Assembly: GCA_965279525.1 (NCBI GenBank)
Contig: CBDIIB010000002.1
Span: forward strand, 395,240 to 459,239
DNA length: 64,000 bases
From: Tagaea sp.
GTDB lineage: Bacteria > Pseudomonadota > Alphaproteobacteria > CACIAM-22H2
Reading direction: 5' to 3'
Numbering within the stretch: position 1 is the stretch's first letter; each line of letters starts with the position of its first letter. The notes beneath the pieces are model-generated. The model saw nothing but the letters and a program-made list of their open reading frames with translations. It did not search any database and was not told the origin of the DNA. The translations under genes and the position numbers were made by a program. Of the stretch, positions 1 to 9,814 are shown piece after piece.

Positions 1-2
1 TC

Positions 3-434
3 GAATTGGGTGCTGTCGCGATAAAAGGGATCACGGATCTCGACGCCCGCGTCGAGGCGGCTATGGACCGCTTTCCGGTCCTGCGCCAGAAGGCCGATAC
101 CCAGGCTTCGACGCTTTCGGGCGGGCAGCAGAAGATACTCGAAGTGGCGCGCGGCCTGCTGCTCGACCCCAGGCTCGTGCTCATCGACGAGCCATCGATC
201 GGCCTGTCGCCGCTGATGGTCCAGGAGGTCTTTGCCATCCTGCGGGGGTTGCGCGATCGTGGCGTGACGATCCTGCTGATCGAGCAGAACGCCAAGAGCG
301 CGCTTGCGATTTCCGATGACGGGATCGTCCTGGAACAGGGGCGCACGCGGATGCATGACAGTGCGGCTGCACTGCTCGCCGATCCACGCGTGGGTCAGCT
401 ATTCTTGGGTGGCGCGCTGGCCGAGACGAGCTGA
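3..434 (+). CDS. Branched-chain amino acid-type ABC transporter ATP-binding protein (LivF-like), 5'-truncated by the window edge
   Basis: ABC signature LSGGQQK, Walker B VLIDEPSIGLSP, LLIEQNA motif. The frame is open from the window start and Walker A is missing. Confidence 0.85.
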   Translation, partial: ELGAVAIKGITDLDARVEAAMDRFPVLRQKADTQASTLSGGQQKILEVARGLLLDPRLVLIDEPSIGLSPLMVQEVFAILRGLRDRGVTILLIEQNAKSALAISDDGIVLEQGRTRMHDSAAALLADPRVGQLFLGGALAETS

Positions 435-1343
435 AGATTCTGCGGGCGACTTGCGCACCACGCCGTGCATCTCGCGTCGGAGCAGCTCGATGAAATTGCG
501 CGCGAATGTCGTCGCTGGGCGGCCCGCCTTCGTCGCGACATAGGTCTGGAAGGTCGTCGGCTCCTCGATGCGCAGCACCTTCACGCCCGGAACCCCGTCA
601 TGTGCGATCGTGAACTGGTCGATGACCGCGATCCCGAGACCCGCCTTGACCAGGGCGCAGACCGTCGTGCCGAAGCGGGCCTTGATCGGAATCTCGTATG
701 TCAGGCGCTGGCGCTCGAATATCTCGGCCATGATACCGCCATAGGGATCGGCCGGATCGATGCCGATCAGCGGATGGCGGACGATCTCGGCCGCCGAGAT
801 CGACTTGCGGCGTGCCAGCACGTGATCCAGGGGAACGATACAAAAGAGCTCGCCTGTCGCGAGGGGTTCGAACTCCACGCTCGGGTGATCGAACCGATAG
901 CTCATGGCTACGACATCGCCCTTGTCGAGAAGGAGATAGTCGATCGCCTCCTCGATCTTCAGGATGTTGATGTCGATCAGGAGGTTCGCGTACTTCCGGC
1001 GAACCTGCTGGATCGCGCGAGGGACCATGACGTTCGCGATGCTCGGCACCGAGCCGATGCGCAGCCACTGGGAGCGGCCGCGTTTGACGTTCGCGATGGT
1101 GAATTGGAGATCCTCGACTTTCTTGAACGTGGCATTGATCTGCTCGAAGATGGCGTTGGCGACGGGTGCGGGCGTGTAACGGCCGCTGCGACGGTCGAAT
1201 AGCCGCAGGCCGATCGCCTGTTCGGTGTATTTCATCAGCCGGCTGATGCCGGGTGCCGACACGTTGAGCAGGCGAGCGGCACCGACGATCGTGCCGGTGA
1301 CCATGATGGCGCGGATGACCTCGATCTGGCGCAGCGTCAGCAA
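399..1343 (-). CDS. LysR-family transcriptional regulator
   Basis: N-terminal HTH LTLRQIEVIRAIMVTGTIVGAARLLNVSAPGISR, 314 aa, TTG start after a GAGGGG RBS. Divergent from the quinate/protocatechuate operon; overlaps the 3' end of the LivF-like gene by 36 nt. Confidence 0.93.
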   Translation of the reverse strand: MLTLRQIEVIRAIMVTGTIVGAARLLNVSAPGISRLMKYTEQAIGLRLFDRRSGRYTPAPVANAIFEQINATFKKVEDLQFTIANVKRGRSQWLRIGSVPSIANVMVPRAIQQVRRKYANLLIDINILKIEEAIDYLLLDKGDVVAMSYRFDHPSVEFEPLATGELFCIVPLDHVLARRKSISAAEIVRHPLIGIDPADPYGGIMAEIFERQRLTYEIPIKARFGTTVCALVKAGLGIAVIDQFTIAHDGVPGVKVLRIEEPTTFQTYVATKAGRPATTFARNFIELLRREMHGVVRKSPAESSARLGQRATQE

Positions 1344-1371
1344 CGGTTTCCCCCTCTTGTGGCGCCCGAAA

Positions 1372-1386
1372 ATAACTTGATGTCAC
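1372..1386. promoter_or_regulatory. Possible LysR T-N11-A recognition box
   Basis: ATAAC-TTGAT-GTCAC imperfect dyad with T1373-N11-A1385 in the AT-richer divergent intergenic region. Confidence 0.35.
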
Positions 1387-1463
1387 GGATATGGCAATTC
1401 TTGGTATTGGACGTTACTTTCTGTTCCGCGCGATGCTCCGTCGTTCCGGCCCGGAGGATTTCG

Positions 1464-3344
1464 ATGCAGACAGCGATCGCAACCGTATGCCTCAGCGGCA
1501 CGCTCGACGAAAAGCTGACTGCGATTGCCGGTGCACGTTTCCGCGGCGTCGAGATCTTCGAGAATGACCTGTTGTCCTTCAACGGCTCGCCGCGCGACGT
1601 GCGCACGATGGTCGCGGATCTTGGACTGGAAACCGTCGCTTTCCAGCCGTTCCGCGATTTCGAGGGAATGCCCGAGCCCAAGCGCGCGCGCGTTTTCGCG
1701 CGCGCCGAGCGCAAGTTCGACGTGATGGCGGAACTTGGCTGCGACCTGCTCATGGTGTGCAGCAACGTGTCGCCCGACGCACTGGGGGGTATCGAGCGGG
1801 CGGCCGCCGATTTCCATGAGCTGGGCGAGCGTGCGGCCAAGCGCGGCATGCGAGTGGCCTTCGAGGCGCTTGCCTGGGGCCGGCATATCAACGACTACCG
1901 CGACTCGTGGGAAGTCGTGCGCCGGGCGGCCCATCCGAATGTCGGGCTCGTCCTCGACAGTTTCCACATCCTTGCCCGAGGCACCGACCTGTCGACGATC
2001 CGTTCGGTCCCGAAGGACCGGATTTTTCTCGTCCAGATGGCGGATGCGCCGAAGCTGGAGATGGATTTCCTGTCGTGGAGCCGGCACTACCGCTGCTTCC
2101 CCGGGCAGGGCGATCTTCCGGTCGACGCATTCATGGATGCGCTGCAGGCCACCGGATTCGACGGGCTTCTTTCGCTCGAAATCTTCAATGACCGCTTCCG
2201 CGCCGGATCGGCGCGCAGCGTGGCGATCGACGGGCAGCGTGCACTCGTCCAGATGCTCGACCAGATGCGCCGGCGCAGCGGCATCGCCATCCCCGGTCTG
2301 CCGGAACTGCCGCCGCGCGCCAACTGCAAGGGGATCGAGTTCGTCGAATTCGCCATCGACGAGGGCACGGCGCCGGCCTTCGAGACGCTGCTGCGCGGGC
2401 TCGGATTCGCAAAGGCAGGGACGCACCGGTCGAAGGCAGTGACGCGCTGGCGTCAGGGCGATGCGAACATCGTCGTGAACTGCGAGAGCGAGGGATTCGC
2501 GCATTCGTTCCAACTCGTCCACGGGCCGTCGGTCTGCGCGATGGCGCTGCGCGTCGACGACGCCGGGGCAACGGTCGAACGCGCCCTGAAACTGCTCGAC
2601 AGCCCGTTCGAGCAGGCGGTCGGACCGGGCGAGCTCAATATTCCCGCCGTCCGGGGCCTCGGCGGCAGTCTCGTGCACTTCATCGACGAGCGTGGCGGCC
2701 TGTCGCGCCTGTGGGATGTCGATTTCGAGAAGGTCGAGGCGCCCGCCGCGCCGGACGCCGGTATCGTCGGCTTCGACCATGTCTCGCAGTCCATGCAGTA
2801 CGAAGAAGTGCTGACGTGGCTGCTTTTCTACACGTCGCTGTTCGAGACCCGCCGCACGCCGACGCAGGCCGTCGTCGACCCCGGCGGCGTCGTGCAGAGC
2901 CAGGCGATCGAATCGATGGGCGGCGAGCTGCGCCTGATCCTGAACTCGTCGCAGAGCCGCCAGACGCAGGCCGCTCGCTTCCTTACCGAGAAATTCGGGT
3001 CCGGCGTGCAGCACATCGCTTTCGCCAGCGCCGACATCTTCGCGACCGTCGAACGTCTGCGCGCGAACGGCGTTGCGATCCTCAAGATCCCTGAAAACTA
3101 CTACGACGATCTCGAGTCACGCACCGATCTGGGCGAATCCGAGATCGACCGCCTGCGCGCGAACGACATCCTCTACGACCGCGACGGCACGAGCGAATTC
3201 TACCAGTTCTACACGACGGTCCTCGAAGGGGGATTCTTCTTCGAGATCGTCGAGCGCCGCGGCTATTCGGGCTACGGCGCCGCGAATGCCCCGATCCGCC
3301 TCGCCGCGCAGTCGCGCGCCTTCGTCCACCCGGAGTTCGAATGA
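1464..3344 (+). CDS. quiC: 3-dehydroshikimate dehydratase, QuiC1-type fusion (sugar-phosphate isomerase TIM barrel + HPPD-like domain)
   Basis: MQTAIATVCLSGTLDEKL start after GGAGG. Metal motifs FEALAW, LDSFH, VQMADA, LEIFND; C-terminal HPPD-like DHVSQ/VQHIAF/FFEIVER. Upstream of pcaHG. Confidence 0.88.
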   Translation: MQTAIATVCLSGTLDEKLTAIAGARFRGVEIFENDLLSFNGSPRDVRTMVADLGLETVAFQPFRDFEGMPEPKRARVFARAERKFDVMAELGCDLLMVCSNVSPDALGGIERAAADFHELGERAAKRGMRVAFEALAWGRHINDYRDSWEVVRRAAHPNVGLVLDSFHILARGTDLSTIRSVPKDRIFLVQMADAPKLEMDFLSWSRHYRCFPGQGDLPVDAFMDALQATGFDGLLSLEIFNDRFRAGSARSVAIDGQRALVQMLDQMRRRSGIAIPGLPELPPRANCKGIEFVEFAIDEGTAPAFETLLRGLGFAKAGTHRSKAVTRWRQGDANIVVNCESEGFAHSFQLVHGPSVCAMALRVDDAGATVERALKLLDSPFEQAVGPGELNIPAVRGLGGSLVHFIDERGGLSRLWDVDFEKVEAPAAPDAGIVGFDHVSQSMQYEEVLTWLLFYTSLFETRRTPTQAVVDPGGVVQSQAIESMGGELRLILNSSQSRQTQAARFLTEKFGSGVQHIAFASADIFATVERLRANGVAILKIPENYYDDLESRTDLGESEIDRLRANDILYDRDGTSEFYQFYTTVLEGGFFFEIVERRGYSGYGAANAPIRLAAQSRAFVHPEFE

Positions 3345-4171
3345 CCACGCCCTGCATCATCACGGTGGCGATCACGGGATCGCTGCCGCAGAAGAAGAAC
3401 AATCCGGCGGTTCCGATCACGATCCCGGAGCAGGTCGAATCGACCCACGCGGCGTTCGAGGCCGGAGCCACGCTGGCGCACTGCCACGTGCGCAACGACG
3501 ACGGCACGCCGACTTCGGATCCCGAGCGGTTCGCACGCCTCGTCGAGGGACTGCGCAAGCACTGCCCGGGCCTGATCGTCCAGCTCTCCACCGGTGGGCG
3601 CTCGGGTGCGGGCAAGGAACGCGGCGGCATGCTGGGCACGAAGCCCGACATGGCTTCCCTTGCCACCGGCTCGGTCAATTTCCCGACGCGCGTCTACGAC
3701 AACAGCCCGGACCTGGTCGAATGGCTGGCGGGCGAGATGAAGCGGCTGGGCATCAAGCCGGAGGTCGAGGCCTTCGACCTGTCGATGGTGTTCAAGGCCG
3801 CCGAGATGGGGAAATCGGGCCAGATCGTCGGACCGCTGCACGTGCAGTTCGTCATGGGCGTCAAGAACGCGATGCCGGTCGACCGGCCGGCGTTCGAGTT
3901 CTACGTGGCGACGTTGAAGCGCCTGGCTCCCGACGCGACGTGGACGGGTGCCGGCATCGGGCGCGACCAATTGACGCTGAACCGCTGGAGCCTCGAACTG
4001 GGCGGGCACTGCCGCACCGGTCTGGAAGACAATATCCGGATGGACGAGAGCACGCTGGCGCCTTCGAACGCGGCCCTGGTCGCGCGCGTGGCGACGCTCT
4101 GCGCGGAATACGGCAGGCGGCCCGCAACGGCCACCGAAGCGCGCGCCATTCTCGGGCTCGCCAGCGTCTAG
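3341..4171 (+). CDS. Beta-keto acid cleavage enzyme (BKACE/Kce, DUF849)
   Basis: IITVAITG, NPAVPITIPEQ, HCHVR zinc motif, STGG, DMASL, RTGLEDN. ATGA overlap with quiC. Confidence 0.9.
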   Translation: MTTPCIITVAITGSLPQKKNNPAVPITIPEQVESTHAAFEAGATLAHCHVRNDDGTPTSDPERFARLVEGLRKHCPGLIVQLSTGGRSGAGKERGGMLGTKPDMASLATGSVNFPTRVYDNSPDLVEWLAGEMKRLGIKPEVEAFDLSMVFKAAEMGKSGQIVGPLHVQFVMGVKNAMPVDRPAFEFYVATLKRLAPDATWTGAGIGRDQLTLNRWSLELGGHCRTGLEDNIRMDESTLAPSNAALVARVATLCAEYGRRPATATEARAILGLASV

Positions 4172-4186
4172 ACGAAGCGGGAGGGA

Positions 4187-4915
4187 ATGACGATGGAGAC
4201 TGGCGAATTCTACCGCCGCGACCGAGCATGGCATCCACCGGGGTTTTCGCCCGGATACAGGTCGACCGCCCTGCGCAGTCCGCAAAGGGCGCTTTTGTCG
4301 CTGCCGCCTTCGCCGGTCGACCTGTCGGGGCCGGTTTTCGGACACGACATGCTCGATCCGCTCGATCATGACCTCATCTCGAATTTCGGTACCGGCGCCG
4401 AGGCGATCGGCGAACGCATCGTCGTGCACGGGCGCGTCAGCGACCAGAACGGCCGGCCGGTGCCTGGCGCGCTGATCGAGATCTGGCAGGCCAATGCCGG
4501 TGGACGCTACAGGCACGTGCGCGATGGCTATGTCGCACCGCTGGATCCGAATTTCGGCGGATGTGGCCGGGTTCTCAGCGATTCCGACGGGCGTTATGCG
4601 TTCCGTACGGTCCGGCCCGGGCCATACCCATTCCGCAACAACGGCTCGGACTGGCGGCCGGCGCATATCCACCTGTCGCTCTTCGGGCAGGCCTTCGCGC
4701 AGCGCCTGATCACGCAGTTCTACTTCGAGGGCGACCCGCTGATCGCGAAATGCCCGATCGTCAACACGATCGCCGACAAGGCCGCGATCGAGATGCTGGT
4801 CGCAAGGCTCGATCTGGAAAACCAGGGGCCGTTCGACCATCTGACCTACCGGTTCGACATCGTCCTTCGTGGCCGACGCTCGACGTTCTTCGAGAACCGC
4901 CTGGAGGGCAACTGA
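4187..4915 (+). CDS. pcaH: Protocatechuate 3,4-dioxygenase beta subunit
   Basis: EIWQANAGGRYRH, LDPNFGGCGR, PGPYP, WRPAHIH iron-ligand motifs, RFDIVLRG. Confidence 0.95.
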   Translation: MTMETGEFYRRDRAWHPPGFSPGYRSTALRSPQRALLSLPPSPVDLSGPVFGHDMLDPLDHDLISNFGTGAEAIGERIVVHGRVSDQNGRPVPGALIEIWQANAGGRYRHVRDGYVAPLDPNFGGCGRVLSDSDGRYAFRTVRPGPYPFRNNGSDWRPAHIHLSLFGQAFAQRLITQFYFEGDPLIAKCPIVNTIADKAAIEMLVARLDLENQGPFDHLTYRFDIVLRGRRSTFFENRLEGN

Positions 4916-4916
4916 C

Positions 4917-5486
4917 ATGCCGGTCGAGCCGCTGAAGGAAACCCCGTCGCAGACGGCCGGTCCTTACGTCCATATCGGTACCTGGCCATCGGTCGCCGGC
5001 CTCGCCGTGCGGACGCAGGAAAAGCCCAACGTACTGGTCGGTTCCGCCGCGAAGGGCGAACGCATCCGGATCGAAGGCGTCGTACGCGACGGTGCGGGCT
5101 CGATCGTGACGGATGCCATGCTTGAGATCTGGCAGGCGGACGCTGGCGGAAAACTGCCCGGCCTGTGGGGGCGCGCGGTCAGCGACTTCCAGACCGGCGA
5201 ATGGTTCTTCGAGACGGTCAAGCCTGGTGTCGTGCAGGCGAAGGCCGAAGCGCCTTGCGTGACGGTGCTGGTGTTCGCGCGCGGCATCAACATCCACCTT
5301 CACACGCGGATGTACTTTTCCGACGAGGCGGCCGCGAACGCGACCGACCCGACGCTCAAAGCCGTCGCGGAGCCGCATCTCCAGAAGACCCTGATTGCCG
5401 CCCGTACGACGCGCGACGGCCAGATCGTCTACCGTTTCGACATCCGTCTGCAGGGCGAAGGCGAGACGGTCTTCTTCGACGTCTAG
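4917..5486 (+). CDS. pcaG: Protocatechuate 3,4-dioxygenase alpha subunit
   Basis: LKETPSQTAGPYVHIG, EIWQAD, FARGINIHLHTRMYF, YRFDIRLQGEGETVFFDV. Confidence 0.93.
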   Translation: MPVEPLKETPSQTAGPYVHIGTWPSVAGLAVRTQEKPNVLVGSAAKGERIRIEGVVRDGAGSIVTDAMLEIWQADAGGKLPGLWGRAVSDFQTGEWFFETVKPGVVQAKAEAPCVTVLVFARGINIHLHTRMYFSDEAAANATDPTLKAVAEPHLQKTLIAARTTRDGQIVYRFDIRLQGEGETVFFDV

Positions 5487-6730
5487 GCCGCCATTGCGCG
5501 CGACGGCTGGCGCGGCAGGAACGCCGTCAGCAGTCCGATCGCGGGCAGGAACGAGCAGATGAGATAGACCGTCTCGATGCTCGTATAGTCGGCAATACGG
5601 CCGATCGCCGCCGCTCCCAGTCCGCCGAGACCGAAAGAGAAACCGAAAAACAGGCCCGCGACCATGCCCACGCGGCCGGGCATCAGCTCCTGCGCGTAGA
5701 CAAGAATCGCCGAGAAGGCCGAGGACATCATCAGGCCGATGACGAGCGACAGGACGAGCGTGACTGGCAACCCGGCATAGGGCATCGCCAGCGTGAACGG
5801 CAGGGGGCCGAGGATGGAGAACCAGATGATCGGGATCCGCCCGACCTTGTCGCCGATCCAGCCGCCGGCGAGCGTGCCAAGTGCGAGCGACGTCAGGAAC
5901 GCGAACAGGGCGATCTGCGCGAACTGGACGGATACCTCGAACTTGTGGATCAGGTAAAACGTGTAATAGGACGTCAGGCTCGCGGTGTAGAAGGTCTTCG
6001 AGAACAGCAGAGCGACGAGGACCGCGACCGCGAGAATCACCTGATTCCTCGGCAGCGGAAGGCTCGGGGCCACCTTTCTGGCGCGCGGGCCGGCGACGGC
6101 GCCCGCTCGGCGGCGCTCGGCGTACCACCGGCCGACGGCAAACAGGATCGACATCGCGACGAAAGCAGCGGCCGAGAACCAGATGATGCTGCCCTGGCCC
6201 TGCGGCACGATGATGAATGCCGCAAGCAGGGGACCGATCGCGGAACCGGTGTTGCCGCCGACCTGAAACAGCGACTGGGCAAGCCCGTGCCGCCCGCCGG
6301 ATGCAAGGCGCGCGACGCGCGAGGCCTCAGGGTGGAAGACGGCCGAGCCGACGCCGATCAGGGCGGCTGCCGCAAGGATCGACGGATAGCTCGATGCCTG
6401 CGACATCATCACGAGTCCGCAGAGCGTGAATCCCATGCCGATGGCCAGCGAATAGGGCATCGGCCGGCGATCCGTGGTGAACCCGACGATCGGCTGCAGC
6501 ATCGAGGCCGTGCATTGGAAGGCGAGCGTGATGAGGCCGATCTGCGCGTAGTCGAGCGCGTACGATTCCTTGAGGATCGGATAGATCGCCGGCACCATCG
6601 ACTGCATCATGTCGTTGAGCATGTGGCAGAAGCTGAGCGAGAAGATGACGGCGAATGCGGAATCATCGGCCGCAGCCGAGCGTGCATCTTCAGTCTTCGG
6701 GGCGGGAGCGGTCACGGCGTCGTCGGGCAT
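5483..6730 (-). CDS. MFS transporter, Fsr (fosmidomycin resistance)-like
   Basis: HMLNDMMQS, FHPEASRVARLASGGRHGLAQSLFQVGGN, AQELMPGRVGMVAGLFFG; about 12 hydrophobic segments. Confidence 0.88.
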   Translation of the reverse strand: MPDDAVTAPAPKTEDARSAAADDSAFAVIFSLSFCHMLNDMMQSMVPAIYPILKESYALDYAQIGLITLAFQCTASMLQPIVGFTTDRRPMPYSLAIGMGFTLCGLVMMSQASSYPSILAAAALIGVGSAVFHPEASRVARLASGGRHGLAQSLFQVGGNTGSAIGPLLAAFIIVPQGQGSIIWFSAAAFVAMSILFAVGRWYAERRRAGAVAGPRARKVAPSLPLPRNQVILAVAVLVALLFSKTFYTASLTSYYTFYLIHKFEVSVQFAQIALFAFLTSLALGTLAGGWIGDKVGRIPIIWFSILGPLPFTLAMPYAGLPVTLVLSLVIGLMMSSAFSAILVYAQELMPGRVGMVAGLFFGFSFGLGGLGAAAIGRIADYTSIETVYLICSFLPAIGLLTAFLPRQPSRAMAA

Positions 6731-6753
6731 CGCGGAATCCTCGAAGGTGCGGT

Positions 6754-7491
6754 TCAGGCGCCGTGGCGCATGCGGGTCGAGACGATCTGGCCGGTCATGA
6801 AGCGGCCGGCAGTGCCGGCGAGAAATAGCACGATCTCGGCGATCTCCTCGGGCAAACTGTGCGTTCCGAGCACGTCCAGCGCCTGTTTTTCCTGCCATTG
6901 CGGATTGCCCCCGCGGGCAAGCGGCGTATCGGTCATGCCCGGATTGATGCCGTTCACGGTCACGCCGTACTTGCCCATGTTGAGCGCAAGGCTCTTGGCG
7001 AGCGCGATCATGCCCCCCTTGGCGGCGGCGTAGTGCGCGAAATCAATGCTGCCGTGCACGCCACGATCGGACGTCATGAGGATCATCGTTCCGGATCGCT
7101 GGTCCGCCATGACCCGGGCCACATCGCGCGTGACGTAGAACGTCCCGTCGAGATTGATCCGCATCACGTGCCGCCACTGTTCGTCGGTCATCTCGAGCAG
7201 CGGATTCTTCGGGTAGATCCCGGCGGCGTGCAGCAGGATGTCGATCCGTCCGAAGGTCGATCGTACATCCTCGACGAGCCGGGCGACCTGTGCCGAGTCG
7301 CCGACATCGAGTTCGTGGGCGCGTGCGGTCCCCTGTCGGTCGGATATCTCGGCCGCAGCCGCCTCGGCCGCAGGTCCGTTCCGGTCGGCGAGGACCACGT
7401 TTGCGCCGTTCCGCGCGAGCAGTCGCGCCGACGCCAGGCCGATGCCGGACGCGCCGCCCGTCACGATCGCGGTCTTTCCGGTCAGGCTCAT
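6754..7491 (-). CDS. SDR family oxidoreductase
   Basis: TGGASGIG, catalytic YAAAK. ATG after an AAGGA RBS; alternative start at 7509. Confidence 0.88.
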   Translation of the reverse strand: MSLTGKTAIVTGGASGIGLASARLLARNGANVVLADRNGPAAEAAAAEISDRQGTARAHELDVGDSAQVARLVEDVRSTFGRIDILLHAAGIYPKNPLLEMTDEQWRHVMRINLDGTFYVTRDVARVMADQRSGTMILMTSDRGVHGSIDFAHYAAAKGGMIALAKSLALNMGKYGVTVNGINPGMTDTPLARGGNPQWQEKQALDVLGTHSLPEEIAEIVLFLAGTAGRFMTGQIVSTRMRHGA

Positions 7492-7505
7492 GCTTGATTC
7501 CTTTT

Positions 7506-8288
7506 TCATGTGCCGGCCAGCCAGGCGCCGTCGATGGCGATCGGCGTTCCCGTCATGTCACCGGCGTCATCGCTGCAAAGGAAGGCGGCAAGTGCCCCGA
7601 CCTTCTCGGGTGCCACCAGTCGCCGCGACGGCTGGTGGCCGATCCAGAACGCGTCCAGCGTCTCTTCCATCGTCTTTCCCGACGCGGCGCTGCGCTCGGC
7701 AAGGACCTTGCGCATGTTCGGCGTGTCGACCGCACCGGGGCAGAGCGCGTTGCAGGTGACGTTGTACGCGATTCCTTCCAGCGCCACCGTGCGCGTCAGG
7801 CCGACTAGGCCGTGCTTGGTGGCGCAGTAGTCGACGCGCCGGGGGGTGCCGATCACGCCATAGGTCGAGGCAAGATTGATGATTCGGCCCCATCGGCGCG
7901 ACTTCATGCCCGCCATTGTCAGGCGGATGAGGTGGAACGGTGCCGAAAGGTTGACGGCGATCGCGTAGTCCCATTTGTCGGCGGGAAAATTTTCGATTTC
8001 GGCCGAGTGTCGCGTAACCGCGTTGTTGACGAGGATGTCGATGGTGCCGAAGCGGCGCTCCGTGGCGGAAACCATCTCCTCGATCTGTGCCGGCTTCGAG
8101 ATGTCGGCGCCGTGATAGTCGGCCTCGCCCCCATGTCGCCGCAGGGCCCGCGTGCGCTCGCCGACCAGCTCGGCCGGGCCGAAGCCGTTGAGCATGATGC
8201 TGGCGCCCTTCGCGGCAAGCGCGTCGGCGATCGCGAACCCGATCCCGTCGAGTGAACCCGTGATAAGTGCCGTGCGGCCCTTGAGCAT
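7506..8288 (-). CDS. SDR family oxidoreductase, 3-hydroxybutyrate dehydrogenase-like
   Basis: MLKGRTALITGSLDGIG, IMLNGFG, NNA, YCATKHG, NALCPG. Confidence 0.85.
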   Translation of the reverse strand: MLKGRTALITGSLDGIGFAIADALAAKGASIMLNGFGPAELVGERTRALRRHGGEADYHGADISKPAQIEEMVSATERRFGTIDILVNNAVTRHSAEIENFPADKWDYAIAVNLSAPFHLIRLTMAGMKSRRWGRIINLASTYGVIGTPRRVDYCATKHGLVGLTRTVALEGIAYNVTCNALCPGAVDTPNMRKVLAERSAASGKTMEETLDAFWIGHQPSRRLVAPEKVGALAAFLCSDDAGDMTGTPIAIDGAWLAGT

Positions 8289-8305
8289 CGATATGTCTTT
8301 CCGGT

Positions 8306-9805
8306 TCAGTCCTTGAGGGCGATTTCGCGGGTCTTGCGGAAGTTCGGGCTGACGACGAAGGCAAGCGCGATGGCGGCGAATGCCAGCATCGTCGCGCTGA
8401 TCGGACTCGTCAGGAACACCATCGGATCGCCGCGCGACAGCAGCATGGCCCGCCGGAGATACTCCTCCATCAACGGCCCGAGGATGTACCCGAGCAGCAT
8501 CGGCGCCGGCTCGCAGCCGAGTTTCGAGAGGACATATCCGATGGCCCCGAACGCGGCGAGAACCCAGAGGTCGAAGATCGAGTTGTTGAGGCTGACGGCG
8601 CCGATCGCGCAGAACACGAGGATCGCCGGGAAAAGCAGGTGATACGGAACGGCAAGCAGCCGGACCCACATCCCGATGAGCGGCAGGTTGAGGACGAGCA
8701 GCATCAGGTTGCCGATCCACATCGACACGATCAGGCCCCAGAACAGGTCGGGCTTCGCTGTCATCACCTGCGGGCCGGGGCTGATGCCCTGGATGATCAT
8801 CGCGCCGATCATCAGCGCCATGACCGGATTGGACGGGATGCCGAGCGTCAGCATCGGGATGAAGCTTGTCTGCGCGCCGGCATTGTTGGCGCTTTCCGGT
8901 CCCGCCACGCCCTGGATGGCGCCGTGGCCGAACTCAGCCGGATTGTCAGCGATCTTCTTCTCGACCGAATACGAAGCGAAAGACGCGAGAAGCGCGCCGC
9001 CGCCGGGCAGTATCCCGAGAATCGAGCCGAGCGCCGTGCCGCGCACGATCGGCCCGAGCATCCGGCGGAAATCCTCGCGCGTCGGGAGAAGATTGGTGAC
9101 TTTCTCGGCGACCATCGTCCGGACATGCTGGTTCTCGAGATTGCGGACGATTTCGGCGATGCCGAACATGCCCATCGCGATGCCGACGAAGCCGATCCCG
9201 TCCGACAGGTCCGTCGTGTCGAACGTGAAGCGCTGCTGGCCGCTGTTCACGTCGGTTCCGACGAGTCCGAGCAGCAGGCCGAGCAGGATCATGGCGAAGG
9301 CCTTCAGCAGGGATCCCGACGCGATGACGACGGCGCCCACGAGCCCGAGCACCATCAGCGAGAAATAGTCGGCAGGACCGAAATTGAGTGCGACCTTGGC
9401 AAGTGGCGGGGCGAACAGGATGATGACGCCGGTGGCAACCGTCCCGGCGAAGAAGGAGCCGATCGCGGCGGTGGCAAGGGCCACGCCGGCGCGGCCCTTG
9501 CGGGCCATCTGATAGCCATCGATCGCCGTCACGATGGACGAGCTTTCGCCCGGAATGTTGATGAGGATCGCCGTCGTCGATCCGCCATACTGTGCGCCAT
9601 AGTAGATTCCGGAAAGCATGATCAGCGCGCTGGTCGGCGACAGCGTGAATGTGATCGGCAGCAGCATGGCGATCGTGGCGGCGGGCCCGAGGCCCGGGAG
9701 GACGCCGATCAGCGTGCCCAGGAGCACGCCGACGAAGCAGAACGCGATATTGGTCAGCGACAGCGCTTCGCCGAAACCCAGCATCACGTTTGCGACGACA
9801 TCCAT
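8306..9805 (-). CDS. tctA: Tripartite tricarboxylate transporter large permease TctA
   Basis: GVLPGLGP, YYGAQYGGSTTAILINIPGE, GPESANNAG, PMLTLGIP; 499 aa, very hydrophobic. Confidence 0.95.
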   Translation of the reverse strand: MDVVANVMLGFGEALSLTNIAFCFVGVLLGTLIGVLPGLGPAATIAMLLPITFTLSPTSALIMLSGIYYGAQYGGSTTAILINIPGESSSIVTAIDGYQMARKGRAGVALATAAIGSFFAGTVATGVIILFAPPLAKVALNFGPADYFSLMVLGLVGAVVIASGSLLKAFAMILLGLLLGLVGTDVNSGQQRFTFDTTDLSDGIGFVGIAMGMFGIAEIVRNLENQHVRTMVAEKVTNLLPTREDFRRMLGPIVRGTALGSILGILPGGGALLASFASYSVEKKIADNPAEFGHGAIQGVAGPESANNAGAQTSFIPMLTLGIPSNPVMALMIGAMIIQGISPGPQVMTAKPDLFWGLIVSMWIGNLMLLVLNLPLIGMWVRLLAVPYHLLFPAILVFCAIGAVSLNNSIFDLWVLAAFGAIGYVLSKLGCEPAPMLLGYILGPLMEEYLRRAMLLSRGDPMVFLTSPISATMLAFAAIALAFVVSPNFRKTREIALKD

Positions 9806-9814
9806 CGTGCCGCC

